A stretch of 64,000 nt of DNA from an uncultured Gemmatimonadales bacterium (GCA_963748815.1 CAVVKJ010000008.1:64001-128000), one strand, 5' to 3'. Shown: positions 50,466 to 61,220, counted from the first letter of the stretch. Made by a program: numbers and translations. Notes: generated by a model not told the origin, from the letters alone.

Positions 50466-51496
50466 GCGAGGCCAATCTCTTCGCCCAGCAGGCGGCCAAC
50501 CGCCGACGGTCGGCCTGGTTGGTCGCCGGCTTCGTGTTGTTCTTCGCCTGGATCGGGTTCGGCGGTGACTACGCCTTCTACCTCCTCACCGCCGGCGCCC
50601 CGGCCGGCGCGTACCGCCACGTCGTCCCCTTCATCGGCCTGCTGACGACCGCGGCGGCGGCCGGCCTCTGCTATTTCTCCTGGAAGACCGGTCCCCGACG
50701 CGTCCTGCTCGCGGCAGGGGCGTGGGAAATCGTGACGCCCGCGTCGCCGGCGCACCTGCAGCTCATGAACGTGACCGAGGAGATGGCGATCGCGGCCGGG
50801 CTGCCGAAGCCCACGGTCTGGGTTGTGCCGGACCCGGACCTCAACGCGTTCGCGACCGGCCACGACGCGCGGCACGCCAGCATCGCCGTCACGGAGGGGC
50901 TGCTGGCCGCGCTCGATCGCGATGAGCTGCAAGGGGTGGTCGCGCACGAGATGTCCCACATCCAGAACGACGACGTGAAGCTGATGACGCTGCTGGCGGG
51001 GATGCTGGGGGCGGTCGCGCTGCTGTCCGACGGGATCGGCCGCTACCTGCGGATGGGGGGGCGGATGGGCGGGTCGTCGCGGAGCGGTGGGGGCCGGAGC
51101 GGCGGGAAGGGGGGTAATCCCCTGGGCGCGGTGCTGCTGGTGCTCTGGGTCTTCACGCTGCTGATCGCCCCGGTCGTGACCCGGCTCCTGGCGATGGCGG
51201 TGAGCCGGAAGCGGGAATACCTCGCGGACGCGAGCGCGGCGCAGCTGACCCGGCACCCGGAGGCGCTCGCCCGTGCGCTCGAAAAACTCGACGCGGCGTC
51301 GGCGCCGACCCGGAGCATCACGCAGGGGGCGGCCCACCTGTGCATCGTGGATCCCGCCGAGCGGCGGTTCAGCGAGCGGGAAGGCATCGTCGGAGACGTC
51401 TTCGCCTCCCACCCGCCGATCCGGCTCCGGGTGGCCCGCCTCAAGGCGATGGCCTTCCAGCAGGCGAAGCGTGAGGCGGGAGTGCTGCCCGCCTAG
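50462..51496 (+). CDS. htpX: M48 family zinc metalloprotease (HtpX-like)
   Basis: NAFATG, AHEMSH, SRKREYLAD, SHPP. Confidence 0.9.
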   Translation: MSEANLFAQQAANRRRSAWLVAGFVLFFAWIGFGGDYAFYLLTAGAPAGAYRHVVPFIGLLTTAAAAGLCYFSWKTGPRRVLLAAGAWEIVTPASPAHLQLMNVTEEMAIAAGLPKPTVWVVPDPDLNAFATGHDARHASIAVTEGLLAALDRDELQGVVAHEMSHIQNDDVKLMTLLAGMLGAVALLSDGIGRYLRMGGRMGGSSRSGGGRSGGKGGNPLGAVLLVLWVFTLLIAPVVTRLLAMAVSRKREYLADASAAQLTRHPEALARALEKLDAASAPTRSITQGAAHLCIVDPAERRFSEREGIVGDVFASHPPIRLRVARLKAMAFQQAKREAGVLPA

Positions 51497-52524
51497 GCGA
51501 GGTCCGGCAGGGAGAGCGCCGCGGCCAGTCCCTCCGGGTCGAGCGGGAGACCCAGGACCTCGGTCGGCTCGGCCGCCCGCGCCACCGTGCCGTCGCCGTC
51601 CTGGAGGATGAACAACTGGTAGGGCCGGACGCCGGGCGCCGGGAGGTTGGCGGGGAGGGAGCGCTCCGCCACCAGGACCAGTGACACGTCGAATCCCTGC
51701 GCGGCCGGGACGAGCGCCCCCGGCCCGAGGACGCGCTGCACCGAGTACCCGGCGCGGCGGAGGATGGACTCCACCACCCGCGCAGTGCCTTCCTCCGGCA
51801 CCAGCACCAGGGCGCGCCCCCGCTGGGGCACTTCCGCGCGGGCGCCCTCCTGCAGGTCGATCATCCGCACGCCGTGCGCGTATTCCGAGGTCGCCGCCCG
51901 CCGCAGTTCCCCCGCCCGCTTCACGATTTCCCGGATCCGCTCGAGCATGCCACGGATGGTGTCCAGCGACTGGCGCTGCGCGGCGCTCAGGGGATCGGGC
52001 CCGCCGGCGAGCAGCTCCAATTCGGCGGACGCCGCCATCAGTGGGTTGTTGATCTCGTGGTGCAGGGTCACCGTCATCTCGCCGACCGCGGCGCGCCGCT
52101 CGACGTGCAGCAGTTCCCGCTCCGCCGTGGCCAGCGCCTCGCGCAACGAGCGCATCCGCCGCACCCGTTCCACCACCTCCGGCAGCATCGCGGCCAGCGA
52201 GCCGTCCTTGACGAGGTAGTCCTCGGCCCCCGCGCGCAGCGCGTCGGCGGCAAAGGTCTCGCTCCCGTGGGCGGTCACCATGACCACGCTCGGCGGCTCG
52301 GGCCAGGCGCGGAGCGCCAGCAGCACCTCGCGCCCGGCCAGGTCGGGGAGGTTCTGGTCGAGGAGCAGCACGTCGGCCCGGGCGGCGGCGAGGAGCGCGT
52401 CGCGCCCCGTTGCCACGTGCTCGAGATCGGTGAACCCGTGCGCCATCAGCGCCGTGGCCGCCAGCCGGACCATCGCGGGATCGTCGTCCACCACCAGGAT
52501 GCGCAATGCGCTCCGTTCAGCCAC
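51493..52524 (-). CDS. Receiver + HisKA (no HATPase) + degenerate receiver protein
   Basis: VVDDD...LLDQNLPD; HHEINNPL H-box; no N/G boxes seen. Confidence 0.8.
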   Translation of the reverse strand: MAERSALRILVVDDDPAMVRLAATALMAHGFTDLEHVATGRDALLAAARADVLLLDQNLPDLAGREVLLALRAWPEPPSVVMVTAHGSETFAADALRAGAEDYLVKDGSLAAMLPEVVERVRRMRSLREALATAERELLHVERRAAVGEMTVTLHHEINNPLMAASAELELLAGGPDPLSAAQRQSLDTIRGMLERIREIVKRAGELRRAATSEYAHGVRMIDLQEGARAEVPQRGRALVLVPEEGTARVVESILRRAGYSVQRVLGPGALVPAAQGFDVSLVLVAERSLPANLPAPGVRPYQLFILQDGDGTVARAAEPTEVLGLPLDPEGLAAALSLPDLA

Positions 52525-54079
52525 GTGCCGCCTCCGTCTCGGTCCGGAATCCCACCCGCGCGAATTTTTCCCATGTCGTCTTGCCCCGCCAGGCGTCGAA
52601 CAGCCCGCGGAGCCGCCAGTACAGTGTAATGTGGCGGAAGCTGAAGGGCACGTTTTCCAGGATGGCGTACCCCAGCAGCACCAGGACGTCCCGCCGCCGC
52701 CCGAAGGGGAGCAGCCCCCGCTGGAGCCGGTCCGCCAGCCCGAACCGGAATCGCCAGGCCCCGACCAGCACCGCGAAGAGGTTGACCAGCATGCCGTAGC
52801 CGAACGCGGCCAGGAAGAAGGCGATCGCGTACGGCCAGTTGATAAGATGGATCCCGAACGCCCACTGCAGGAACAGCAGGAAGGAGAAGAAGAAGTACCC
52901 CGCCATCTCGATCATCGGCCCGTAGTACTCGAAGACCCAGAACGCCGGCAGCGCGAAGGCGCCGATCCGGCCGAAGCGGCGCCGGAACAGCATCGCGCGG
53001 TGGTAGTACAGCGATTCGCGGAGGCCGCGATACCAGCGGCCCCGCTGCTTGCGCAGCGATTCCAGCGATTCCGGCACCTCGGTCCAGGCCACGGGGTGCG
53101 GCAGGAAGGCGATCCGCCGGTCGAGATGCTTGTCGCGGATGTACCGGTGGAGGCGCACCACGATCTCCATGTCCTCGCAGACGGTGCCGGCGCCCTCCGC
53201 GACGTACTCCTGCACGATCCGGTGGCGGACGAACGGCGTCAGGTACCCCCCCGCGCGGATGACCGTCTCCTTCTCGAACACGGCGAACACGCCGGAGAGG
53301 ATCAGGATCGAGTCGAGGCGGTCGAGCCCGGTCCGGCCGGTGGTAAAGGAGCGGAGATACTCGACCATCTGGAACCGCGCCAGCGGATGCCGCGGGAGGC
53401 CGACGCTCACCACCCGCCCGTTGCGGATGGTGCACCCGTTGGCGATGGCCACCTGCCCGCCGACGGCCACGACGCGGGGATCCTCCTGGATCACCCGCAT
53501 CATCTCCTTCAGCGCGCGCTGGTCCAGGATGGAATCGGCGTCGAGGCAGACGAAGTACGGCGCCGTCGAGGCGTTGACGCCCACGTTCAGCGCGTCCGCC
53601 TTCCCCGCGCTCTCCTTGTCGATCACTACCAGCCGGAGCACCCCCGCCGGCATCGGGGCGGTGGCCTCGTAGAGCGCCCGGACCCGCGCCGTCCCGATCG
53701 CCTCCCGGTAGGGAAGATCGGTGCGCCGGAGCTTGAAGGCGCGCTTCAGCCGCTCCAGCGTCTGGTCGCTCGAACCGTCGTTGACCACCACCACCTCGAA
53801 TCGCGGATAGTCGCAGTGGATGAGGTTGGTCACCGAGTCGACGATCGTCACCTCCTCGTTGAACGCCGGGACGATCATCGTCAGCGGCTTCGTCGAGCCG
53901 CTGTGATCGATCAGGTCGAGGTCCTCCACGAAGTGCCCCGCCACCTTGCGCCGGACCTGGCGGGCGGAGAGGCCGATCAGGAGCAGCGTGTAGCTGTTGT
54001 AGAGGATGAAATACGCCAGGAAGAACGGCTGGACCGCCAGCGCGACGACCGTGAGCGTGGTGAGGACGGTTTCCTGCAT
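52517..54079 (-). CDS. GT2 processive glycosyltransferase (PgaC/IcaA-like)
   Basis: VPAFNEE, NDGSSD, GKADALN, DAD, CED, QRGRW; TM helices. Confidence 0.92.
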   Translation of the reverse strand: MQETVLTTLTVVALAVQPFFLAYFILYNSYTLLLIGLSARQVRRKVAGHFVEDLDLIDHSGSTKPLTMIVPAFNEEVTIVDSVTNLIHCDYPRFEVVVVNDGSSDQTLERLKRAFKLRRTDLPYREAIGTARVRALYEATAPMPAGVLRLVVIDKESAGKADALNVGVNASTAPYFVCLDADSILDQRALKEMMRVIQEDPRVVAVGGQVAIANGCTIRNGRVVSVGLPRHPLARFQMVEYLRSFTTGRTGLDRLDSILILSGVFAVFEKETVIRAGGYLTPFVRHRIVQEYVAEGAGTVCEDMEIVVRLHRYIRDKHLDRRIAFLPHPVAWTEVPESLESLRKQRGRWYRGLRESLYYHRAMLFRRRFGRIGAFALPAFWVFEYYGPMIEMAGYFFFSFLLFLQWAFGIHLINWPYAIAFFLAAFGYGMLVNLFAVLVGAWRFRFGLADRLQRGLLPFGRRRDVLVLLGYAILENVPFSFRHITLYWRLRGLFDAWRGKTTWEKFARVGFRTETEAARG

Positions 54080-56370
54080 CAGGCCGCCGGGAGCGCGGCG
54101 CGCACCGCGTGCCGCACCGCCGGGGCTGGATCGTCCGCCGCCAGCCGGTGCGCCGCGGAATCGTCGAGCAGCGCCAGCACGATCCCGGCCGCCTGGCGTC
54201 GCTCGGCGGAGGCGTCGCTGGCCCGCCGGTGCAATTCGGCCAGCGGGAGGACGGAGGCCGCCGCCTCGGCGAGTGCGCGGCGGGGAATGTCCGCTGGCAG
54301 GGTGTCGCCCGATCCCGCGAGGAGACTCGCCACTGCCGCCATGGCCCGCACCTCCTCCGCGGAGTCGGTCGCCAGCACTGCCAGGCTCTGGCCCGCGCTG
54401 CCGGCTGCGCAGGCGGCCGCCACCGCGACCCGGACCGCCGCCACCGGATCGCGCGCCATGCGCTCCAACAGCGTCGCGTCGGCTAGATCGGGGTGGTGCC
54501 ACCAGAGACGGACGAGCGCCGCCCGCACCTCGGCGTCCGGGTCGCGCCACAGCACGCCGAGCACCGCCGAGGCGGAGGGGGGATGGGCCTCGGCCACCGT
54601 GTGGATCACGGCCAGCTTGCCTGCACGATCGTCCGCCTCCATCAGGCTGGCGAGCAGGGCGGGCACCTGGGCCACATCGAGTCGCGTGACGGCGGTGGCG
54701 ATGGCGACGCGCACCAGCGGGGCCGCCGACGGGAAGTGGTCGAGGAGGGTGACGGCCGTCGCGGCGTCGCCCAGCTGGCCGAGGGCCAGGACAGCCTCCC
54801 GCTGCACGGTGGAATCGCTGTCGGCCAGCAGTCCGAGCAGGCTTCGGGACGCCGCGCGGGCCCCCGTCAGCCCGAGGGCCGTGGCGGTTGCGGCGCGGAC
54901 CGCCGGGTCGCCATCCGTGATGTGGGATTCGATTCGCTCGGCGATTGCCGGTCCGCCGAGCTGCCCGACGAGGAGCAACGCGGCGGTGCGCACTTCCCGC
55001 GCCCCGTCGTCGAGATGGTCGAGCGCGGCCGCGATGCCCTCGGTGACCTGGAGTGCGCGAAGCACCTCGAAGGCCCCGGCGCGGAGGGCCGGGTCGGCGT
55101 CGCTGCGGGCGACGTGCACGAGCTCGGTGGCCAGGTCCCGGCGGCCGGCGCGCCGGATCGCCTCGACGAACACGGCGCGGACCGCCGGCGTGGGATGCGC
55201 GAGCCCCTCGGCCAGCAGCTCGCGGGCGCCCGCGTGGCCGAACCTCGCCAGCGTGTCCGTCGCCAGGGTCGTGTTCTCGCCACGTTCGATGGCCTCGATC
55301 ATCCGGGCGGGCACGCCGAGCCGCTCCAGCGCCACCGCCGCGCGGATGCGGATTTCGGGGTCGGCGTCGTCGAGCGCCAGGAGCAGCGGGCCTTCGGCCT
55401 GGGCGCCGACTTGCTCCAGCGCCTCCACGCTGCGCATGCGCACCCACCAGGCGGGGTCGCCGAGGGCGCGGACCAGCCGCTCCACCACGTCGGGCTTGTC
55501 GAATTGTCCGAGCGCCTGCGCGATCCGGGCCCGGACGAAGGGGGCGGGATCGCTCAGGAGGTGATCAAGGAGATACCCGACGGCGCGGCCGTCGCCGAGG
55601 CGCCCCAGGGCGCTGGCGCTCTTGGCGCGGACTTCGTCGTCGAGGTCGCTCAGGGCGTGCACCAGGGAGGGGAAGGCGCGCGCGGCCCCGACTTCGCCGA
55701 GGATGCTCGCGGCCCACGCCCGCGCCGGGTGCCGCGCGGAGTCCTCGAGAAACGCGATCATCGGGTCCACCACGAGCGCGCCGTGCCTGGTCAGGATGTC
55801 GGCGATGCGCGGGACAAGCCACACCTCGGAGTGCTTGAGCGCCTCGACGAGGGGGGCCACCGCGCGGGGGTCGCCGATCCGTGCGAGCGCGCGCAGGGCG
55901 ATTTCGCGGACGTCGGCGTCCTCGCTGCGCGTCGCGGCGACCGTGTCGAGCAGGGCGGGCACCGCGTTCGCGTTGCCGACCCGGCCGAGGAGTTCCGCGG
56001 CGAAGGCGCGCTCCCGCCACTTGGTCGCGGTGCGGAGGCGCGTCACGTACTTGTCCACCAGGCCCAGCTGGTCGTAGGCGTCGAGCAGCCAGGCGGGGCG
56101 CTCGGTGGCGCCGCGGGCCTGCTCCTCGAGCACCGCTTCCAGCGCCTCGAAGTCCCGGAGCGTCGTCAATTCGCGCAGCTGCGGCTCGAGCAGCGCCCGG
56201 TCGCGGAGTGCCAGCCCGGTCACGAGGTCGCGATAGAGTCCCTTGCGGTAGGCGAGGCGCCGCTCGAGGCGGTTGAGATAGGAGGTGTAGAGCAGCCACG
56301 CCAGCACGGCGGCGAGACCGACGCCTGCCATGGCCGCGGCGATGCCGAGGATGATCGGAAGGGTGATCAC
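54079..56370 (-). CDS. Membrane-anchored HEAT-repeat protein
   Basis: N-terminal TM, then many D..VR..A..ALG repeats. Confidence 0.88.
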   Translation of the reverse strand: MITLPIILGIAAAMAGVGLAAVLAWLLYTSYLNRLERRLAYRKGLYRDLVTGLALRDRALLEPQLRELTTLRDFEALEAVLEEQARGATERPAWLLDAYDQLGLVDKYVTRLRTATKWRERAFAAELLGRVGNANAVPALLDTVAATRSEDADVREIALRALARIGDPRAVAPLVEALKHSEVWLVPRIADILTRHGALVVDPMIAFLEDSARHPARAWAASILGEVGAARAFPSLVHALSDLDDEVRAKSASALGRLGDGRAVGYLLDHLLSDPAPFVRARIAQALGQFDKPDVVERLVRALGDPAWWVRMRSVEALEQVGAQAEGPLLLALDDADPEIRIRAAVALERLGVPARMIEAIERGENTTLATDTLARFGHAGARELLAEGLAHPTPAVRAVFVEAIRRAGRRDLATELVHVARSDADPALRAGAFEVLRALQVTEGIAAALDHLDDGAREVRTAALLLVGQLGGPAIAERIESHITDGDPAVRAATATALGLTGARAASRSLLGLLADSDSTVQREAVLALGQLGDAATAVTLLDHFPSAAPLVRVAIATAVTRLDVAQVPALLASLMEADDRAGKLAVIHTVAEAHPPSASAVLGVLWRDPDAEVRAALVRLWWHHPDLADATLLERMARDPVAAVRVAVAAACAAGSAGQSLAVLATDSAEEVRAMAAVASLLAGSGDTLPADIPRRALAEAAASVLPLAELHRRASDASAERRQAAGIVLALLDDSAAHRLAADDPAPAVRHAVRAALPAA

Positions 56371-56518
56371 CGGCGGAACTCGGGGCCGACATGGATAACC
56401 AGGGTCAGTGTTGCCATGGGCCGACGTCGAGCTCCAAGGTGTTTAGGGGTAAAGGGTTACAAAAACGATCGGCAGCGCTTCCGGCGGGGTTGCCGGGGGG
56501 CACAGCCGATCGCAGAGT

Positions 56519-56534
56519 TGCACGAATCGCGCCA
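56519..56534 (-). promoter_or_regulatory. Sigma54-type promoter upstream of the HEAT-GT2 operon
   Basis: Minus strand TGGCGCG-attc-GTGCA with correct GG/GC spacing. Confidence 0.5.
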
Positions 56535-56554
56535 CTGACCGGCGCGAATCGGTG

Positions 56555-57628
56555 TCAGGCGGGGTCGTTGTCTTCGAGGAAGACGAGCGTCTGCCGACGG
56601 GCCATGACGGTTTCGAGGCCGGCGAAGACGGCGGGATCGACGGCGATCCCGGCCAGGTCGCGGATGCGATCCACCGCGAAGTTCGCCGGCATCTTCTCCT
56701 GGTAGGGTCGCGAGGTGGTGAGGGCGTCGAAGATCTCGGCGATGCCCAGGATGCGCGCCCCGAGCGGGATGTCCTCGCCCTTCAGGCCGTCGGGATAGCC
56801 GTCGCCGTCCCACCGCTCATGATGGCTGCGGATGCAGGTGATGGTGTTGTGCAGGTGGGCGAGGGGCGCGAGAATTTGCGTCCCGATGATCACGTGGTCC
56901 TTCACGTGCTCGTACTCGGCGGGCGTCAGCGGACCCTGCTTGGCGAGGATCTCCTCGCGAATGCCGATCTTGCCGATGTCGTGGAGGCGGCCGGCAGTGC
57001 GGATGACCTCGATGTCCTCATCGGAGAGTTGCAGCTCGGCAGCGATCATGGCGGAGAGGTCGGCCACCCGCGCCGAGTGTCCCCGCGAGAAGGGATCTTT
57101 CGCCTCCAGGGCGTTGACCAGCACCTCGAGGGTGGCAATCGTCACCCGCTCCAGCGTGGCCCGCTCGCGCCGCACTTCCGCCGCCCGGATCGCCACCTCT
57201 TCCTTCAGCCACTGGTTGACCTGCGCCGTTTCCATCTGGGTGGCGCGCCGGCGCATGGCCCGCTCCAGCGCCCGTCCGAGGTCCACCAGGTCGATCGGCT
57301 TGATCAGGTACTCGAAGGCGCCCCGCTGCATGCAGAGGGCGGCGGTCGTCGCGTCGGTGACGGCGGTGAGCATCAGGATGGCGAGGTGGGGTTCCAGCTC
57401 CAGCGCTTGGGGAACGAGATCGATTCCGCTCACGCCCGGCATCCGGACGTCGAGCAGCATCCCCGCGATCTTCTGCCGTCCGAGCACGGCGAGCGCCTCC
57501 TCCCCGGAGGCGGCGAGGCTGACCTCGTAGCCCTGCTGGGTCAGGTAGCGCGCGAGCGCGGCCCGAATCGGTTCTTCGTCGTCAACGACCAGCAGTGACG
57601 CCGGTCCCTCTGGCATCGACACGGGCAC
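56555..57628 (-). CDS. REC-HD-GYP c-di-GMP phosphodiesterase (RpfG-like)
   Basis: Receiver domain; GHSARV, LHDIGK, HHERWDGDGYP, RPYQ; start may be 57622 or 57616. Confidence 0.93.
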   Translation of the reverse strand: MPVSMPEGPASLLVVDDEEPIRAALARYLTQQGYEVSLAASGEEALAVLGRQKIAGMLLDVRMPGVSGIDLVPQALELEPHLAILMLTAVTDATTAALCMQRGAFEYLIKPIDLVDLGRALERAMRRRATQMETAQVNQWLKEEVAIRAAEVRRERATLERVTIATLEVLVNALEAKDPFSRGHSARVADLSAMIAAELQLSDEDIEVIRTAGRLHDIGKIGIREEILAKQGPLTPAEYEHVKDHVIIGTQILAPLAHLHNTITCIRSHHERWDGDGYPDGLKGEDIPLGARILGIAEIFDALTTSRPYQEKMPANFAVDRIRDLAGIAVDPAVFAGLETVMARRQTLVFLEDNDPA

Positions 57629-57660
57629 CCTCCGCTGCGGGGAAACGCAGGAAACCTAGC

Positions 57661-58503
57661 CTATCCGACGAACTCCGCCACGACCCGCTCCGGGATCAGG
57701 CCGGCCGCGAAGGCGCGGTCGAGGAGGAGCTGCACCGCCTCGCGTCCCCGCGGGCCGTAGTCCACGGTCCAGTCGTTCACGTACATCCCGACGAACGCGT
57801 CGGTCCGCTCGTCGCCGATGCCGCGGTTATACTGCTTCGCGTGCTCGAGCGCGGGTTGCCGGTGCGCCAGGGCGTACTCGATGCTCATCCGAAGGTCCCG
57901 CGCCACCTGCGCGGTCAGCGCCGCGCCGAGGTCGCGTCGCACCACGTTGCCGCCGAGCGGCAGGGGGAGGCCCGTCTCCCGTCCCCACCACGCCCCGAGA
58001 TCTTCCCACAACTGCAGCCCGTCGTCGGCGTAGGTCAGCTGGCCCTCGTGGATCAGGAGGCCCACGTCGACCTCGCCCCGGTGCACGGCGTCCTCGATCT
58101 GGTCGAAGGGGATGATCACCTCCGTGACCGCCGGCTGGTAGAGCCGCAGCGCCAGGGCGGCCGTGGTCAGGGTGCCGGGGATGCCGACCCGGAGTCCGCG
58201 CAGCGCCTCGCGCGGATCCGCCGGTGCGGGGGCCTTGCTCACGAGGCGCGGTCCGTAGCCGTCGCCCATCGACGACCCGCTCGCCAGCAGCGCGTAGGTC
58301 CGGTGGAGGTGCGCATAGGCGTGGATCGAGACCGCCGAGACTTCGAGTTCGGCCTGCAGCGCCCGGCGGTTGAGCGACTCGATGTCGGAAAGTTCGTGCT
58401 CGTAGCGCAGGTCGCCGGTGTCGAGCTTACCTTCGGCGAGGGCGTAGAACATGAACGCGTCGTCGGAATCGGGGCTGTGGGCGACGTGGATGGTTCGGGT
58501 CAC
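57661..58503 (-). CDS. mqnD: 1,4-dihydroxy-6-naphthoate synthase (futalosine pathway)
   Basis: AHSPDSDDAFMFYAL, GDGYGP, IHEGQLTY, LPLPLG, MYVN; GTG at 58503. Confidence 0.9.
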   Translation of the reverse strand: MTRTIHVAHSPDSDDAFMFYALAEGKLDTGDLRYEHELSDIESLNRRALQAELEVSAVSIHAYAHLHRTYALLASGSSMGDGYGPRLVSKAPAPADPREALRGLRVGIPGTLTTAALALRLYQPAVTEVIIPFDQIEDAVHRGEVDVGLLIHEGQLTYADDGLQLWEDLGAWWGRETGLPLPLGGNVVRRDLGAALTAQVARDLRMSIEYALAHRQPALEHAKQYNRGIGDERTDAFVGMYVNDWTVDYGPRGREAVQLLLDRAFAAGLIPERVVAEFVG

Positions 58504-59177
58504 GGGGTCTCCGCTGCCTGCTGGACGTCGTTGAGAAGTTGTCGGTGCTCGACGTACTCCGGTCGGTCGGCGCGGGCGAGTTCCTTCTCGGCCCGCCGCC
58601 GAAACTGGTCGAGCGCCTCCTGGTACTTCAGGGTGTCGCCCTCGAGCCGGGCGAGGGCGCCCTCGAGGATCGGCCCGAAGAGATGGCCGGGATCCTTCGC
58701 CTCCAGCGTGTCGGCCAGGGCGTGGGCGCCCTGGAAGTTCCCGATCTGGATGGCGATCAGCCCCGCGTGGAATCGGGTGTCGGCGTCCACGGAGTCGAGA
58801 TCGGCGTAGGCCGCCACGGCCAGCGGCGAGAGGCTGGCCACGGTGGCGCTGTCCCACTCGGCGCCGGCCCGCATCAGGCGGTCGAAGAGCTGGGCAAACC
58901 GCTCCTCGGGCCCCAGGCTGCTCAGGTCGGGGAGCGGGACGACGTTCACCGGTGCGCTCCCGGCGTTGGCCATGGCGGGGGGTGCGCCGGGAGGGTCGCT
59001 TCGCGCGACGCCGAACACCACCCCCGCGACCGCCACCACCGAAACGATCCCGGCCACCCTCCAGGCCCGGCGATCTCCCGGGTGGCGGGTGCCCGTCGCG
59101 AGGCGGGCCCCGCACTGGCGGCAAAAGGCGCCGTCCGAGGCCGTGCCGCAGCTGGCGCAGGTGATCTGGGGTGACAT
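58500..59177 (-). CDS. Zinc-ribbon + TM + helical hypothetical protein
   Basis: CASCG...FCRQCG, then a TM segment. Confidence 0.75.
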   Translation of the reverse strand: MSPQITCASCGTASDGAFCRQCGARLATGTRHPGDRRAWRVAGIVSVVAVAGVVFGVARSDPPGAPPAMANAGSAPVNVVPLPDLSSLGPEERFAQLFDRLMRAGAEWDSATVASLSPLAVAAYADLDSVDADTRFHAGLIAIQIGNFQGAHALADTLEAKDPGHLFGPILEGALARLEGDTLKYQEALDQFRRRAEKELARADRPEYVEHRQLLNDVQQAAETP

Positions 59178-59275
59178 CTGGGCTCCAATCTAACCACCCC
59201 GGAGGGGCGCGGCACCGAGGAGTGCTGGCGCCCGATGGCCGATGGCGTTAGCGTGAGGGCATCTCGGAGGGTACC

Positions 59276-59551
59276 ATGGGACAGCCGCAGCACCCCTTGC
59301 CGGCCGCGCTGCCCGAGGCGCCGATGGCCCGCCACCTCGGCGACCTTGGCCGCGCGGATGAACGGTGGCAGGTCTTCCTCGAAACCCGGCCTCAGGGCAG
59401 GACGGTGGCGGGCCGGGTCCACTTCCTTCAGGGCGAGTGCACGCGCAGCTCGGCGTGGATCCTCCTCGAATGGAGCGAACCGGATGTCCTGCAGCGGTTC
59501 AACGAATTCAGCGCCGTGGAGCTCTGGCGCCTGTTGGAGAGCCTGGGGTAG
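59276..59551 (+). CDS. Hypothetical protein (91 aa)
   Basis: ggaggg RBS; good codon bias. Confidence 0.7.
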   Translation: MGQPQHPLPAALPEAPMARHLGDLGRADERWQVFLETRPQGRTVAGRVHFLQGECTRSSAWILLEWSEPDVLQRFNEFSAVELWRLLESLG

Positions 59552-59620
59552 CCTCCGTCCCGATTCCGGGACGGGCGCCGCCTAGCCCCCTCACATCCGA
59601 TCGAGCTCCCGGAGTTCCCT

Positions 59621-61220
59621 CTGCCCCGCCGCCTTACCCTGGCTTTCGCACTTCTCGTCGTGCCCTCAATCGTCGTCGCCCAGGCGACGGGTGATTCGAC
59701 GCAGCCCCCGGTCATCCGCGCCATCGACCTGAACCGCCAGGAGATCTTCGACTCGATGGAAGCCACCCACTGGCTTCAGCGGCTCGCCAACGACCTCCAC
59801 ATCCGCACCCGCCCGATCGTCATCCGGCGGGAGCTGCTGTTCGGCGTCGGCGATGCGTACGACTCCGTGCTCGTGGCGGAGTCGGCCCGCAACCTCCGCT
59901 CCCTCGGCGTCTTTCGCGATGTCCGGATCGATTCGGTCCGCACCGACAGCGGCCTGACGATGCAGGTGGTGACGCGCGACGCCTGGACCACGCGCGCGGG
60001 GGGTCGCCTGCGGACGACGGGCAACCAGGTCTCCATCGGTCTCTCGTTCTTCGAGGACAATTTTCTCGGGACGGCGAGCCGGGCGGGCGTCTCCTTTTCG
60101 GCAGACCCGGTCCGCACCACCTTTGCCCTCGAGGGGTCGCAATCCCGGTTTCTCGGGAGCAGCATCGGGGTGGCCGGTCGATGGGAGAACCGCTCGGACG
60201 GGACGGTGCTCTACGGCCGGGTCAGCCGTCCCTTCTATTCGATCCAGGACCGCCGCGGTTTCCTGCTCACCGCGGAATACCGCGACGAGACCGTCGATCA
60301 GTACCTCGACGGCAATGACGTCGCCGTGGACAGCCTCGCCCACCGGTTCGGCGCCGTCCGCGGGACGGTCGGGTGGGCCCTCTACCGCAAACGGAGGGCG
60401 TACATCCGCAGCGGCGTGCTCGGGCAGGTCATTCGCAACAACTACCAGCCGGCCACCGACACCACCCCGATCCCGCGGACGGTGAATGCGGCCGTCGGGG
60501 GCTACCTGGAATGGAGTCACGTCCGGTATGTCGCTCGAACGGGATTCCAGACGTTCTCCCTCACGGAAGACATCGACCTCAGCACCACGCTGTCCGGCGG
60601 CGTGTATGCGGCCCCGACTTCTTCTGGGCTACGACAGCGCCGGTGTCGGCCTCTTCGCCACCTTCCGCACCGGCGCGACGTTCCGGAACGGCATCGTGCT
60701 GGTCAACGGGATTTCCGACGGGCTGATCACGTCGGCCGGCGTCGACTCGGGCGGCACCGTGCTCAATGCCACCGTGGCCTGGATGCCCGATTCGAACTCG
60801 CTCCTGGTGATGCACGGCAGCGGCGGCGTGCTGACCGACCCCGCCCCGGGGTACGAATTCGACCTGGGGCTGAACAGTGGCCCCCGGGCGTTCGGCGTGC
60901 ACAGCTTCACCGGCAACCGCGCCTTCTTCACTTCCGCGGAGGTGCGGCGCCTGCTCTGGCGTCGCCTCTTCGGCGTGGTGAGCCTGGGCGTCGCGGCCTA
61001 TGCGGATTACGGCGGCGCCTGGTGGAGCAACAGCCCGACCCGCACCGGCACGGACGTCGGCATCGGACTCCGGATTGCGCAATCGAGGTCGTCGCGCGGA
61101 ATCGTGTCGCGGGTGGACCTTTCCTGGCGCTTCGCCAACGATGCCGTGGGGGCGGGCTGGGTCGTGTCGCTCGGGCGCGGCTTCGCGTTCAGCCTCAACG
61201 CCCAGCGGCCGAGTTACTGA
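59621..61220 (+). CDS. Omp85/BamA-like POTRA + beta-barrel protein (frameshift at ~60620)
   Basis: HIRTRPIVIRRELLF.VGD.YD...ESARNLRSLGVF, DNFLG; C-part RAF..HSFTG, DYGGAW, DVGIGLR in ORF 60486..61220. Confidence 0.8.

Noticed and set aside
49893..51496. LemA-HtpX pair as a novel system
   Set aside because: Common, well-documented gene pair.
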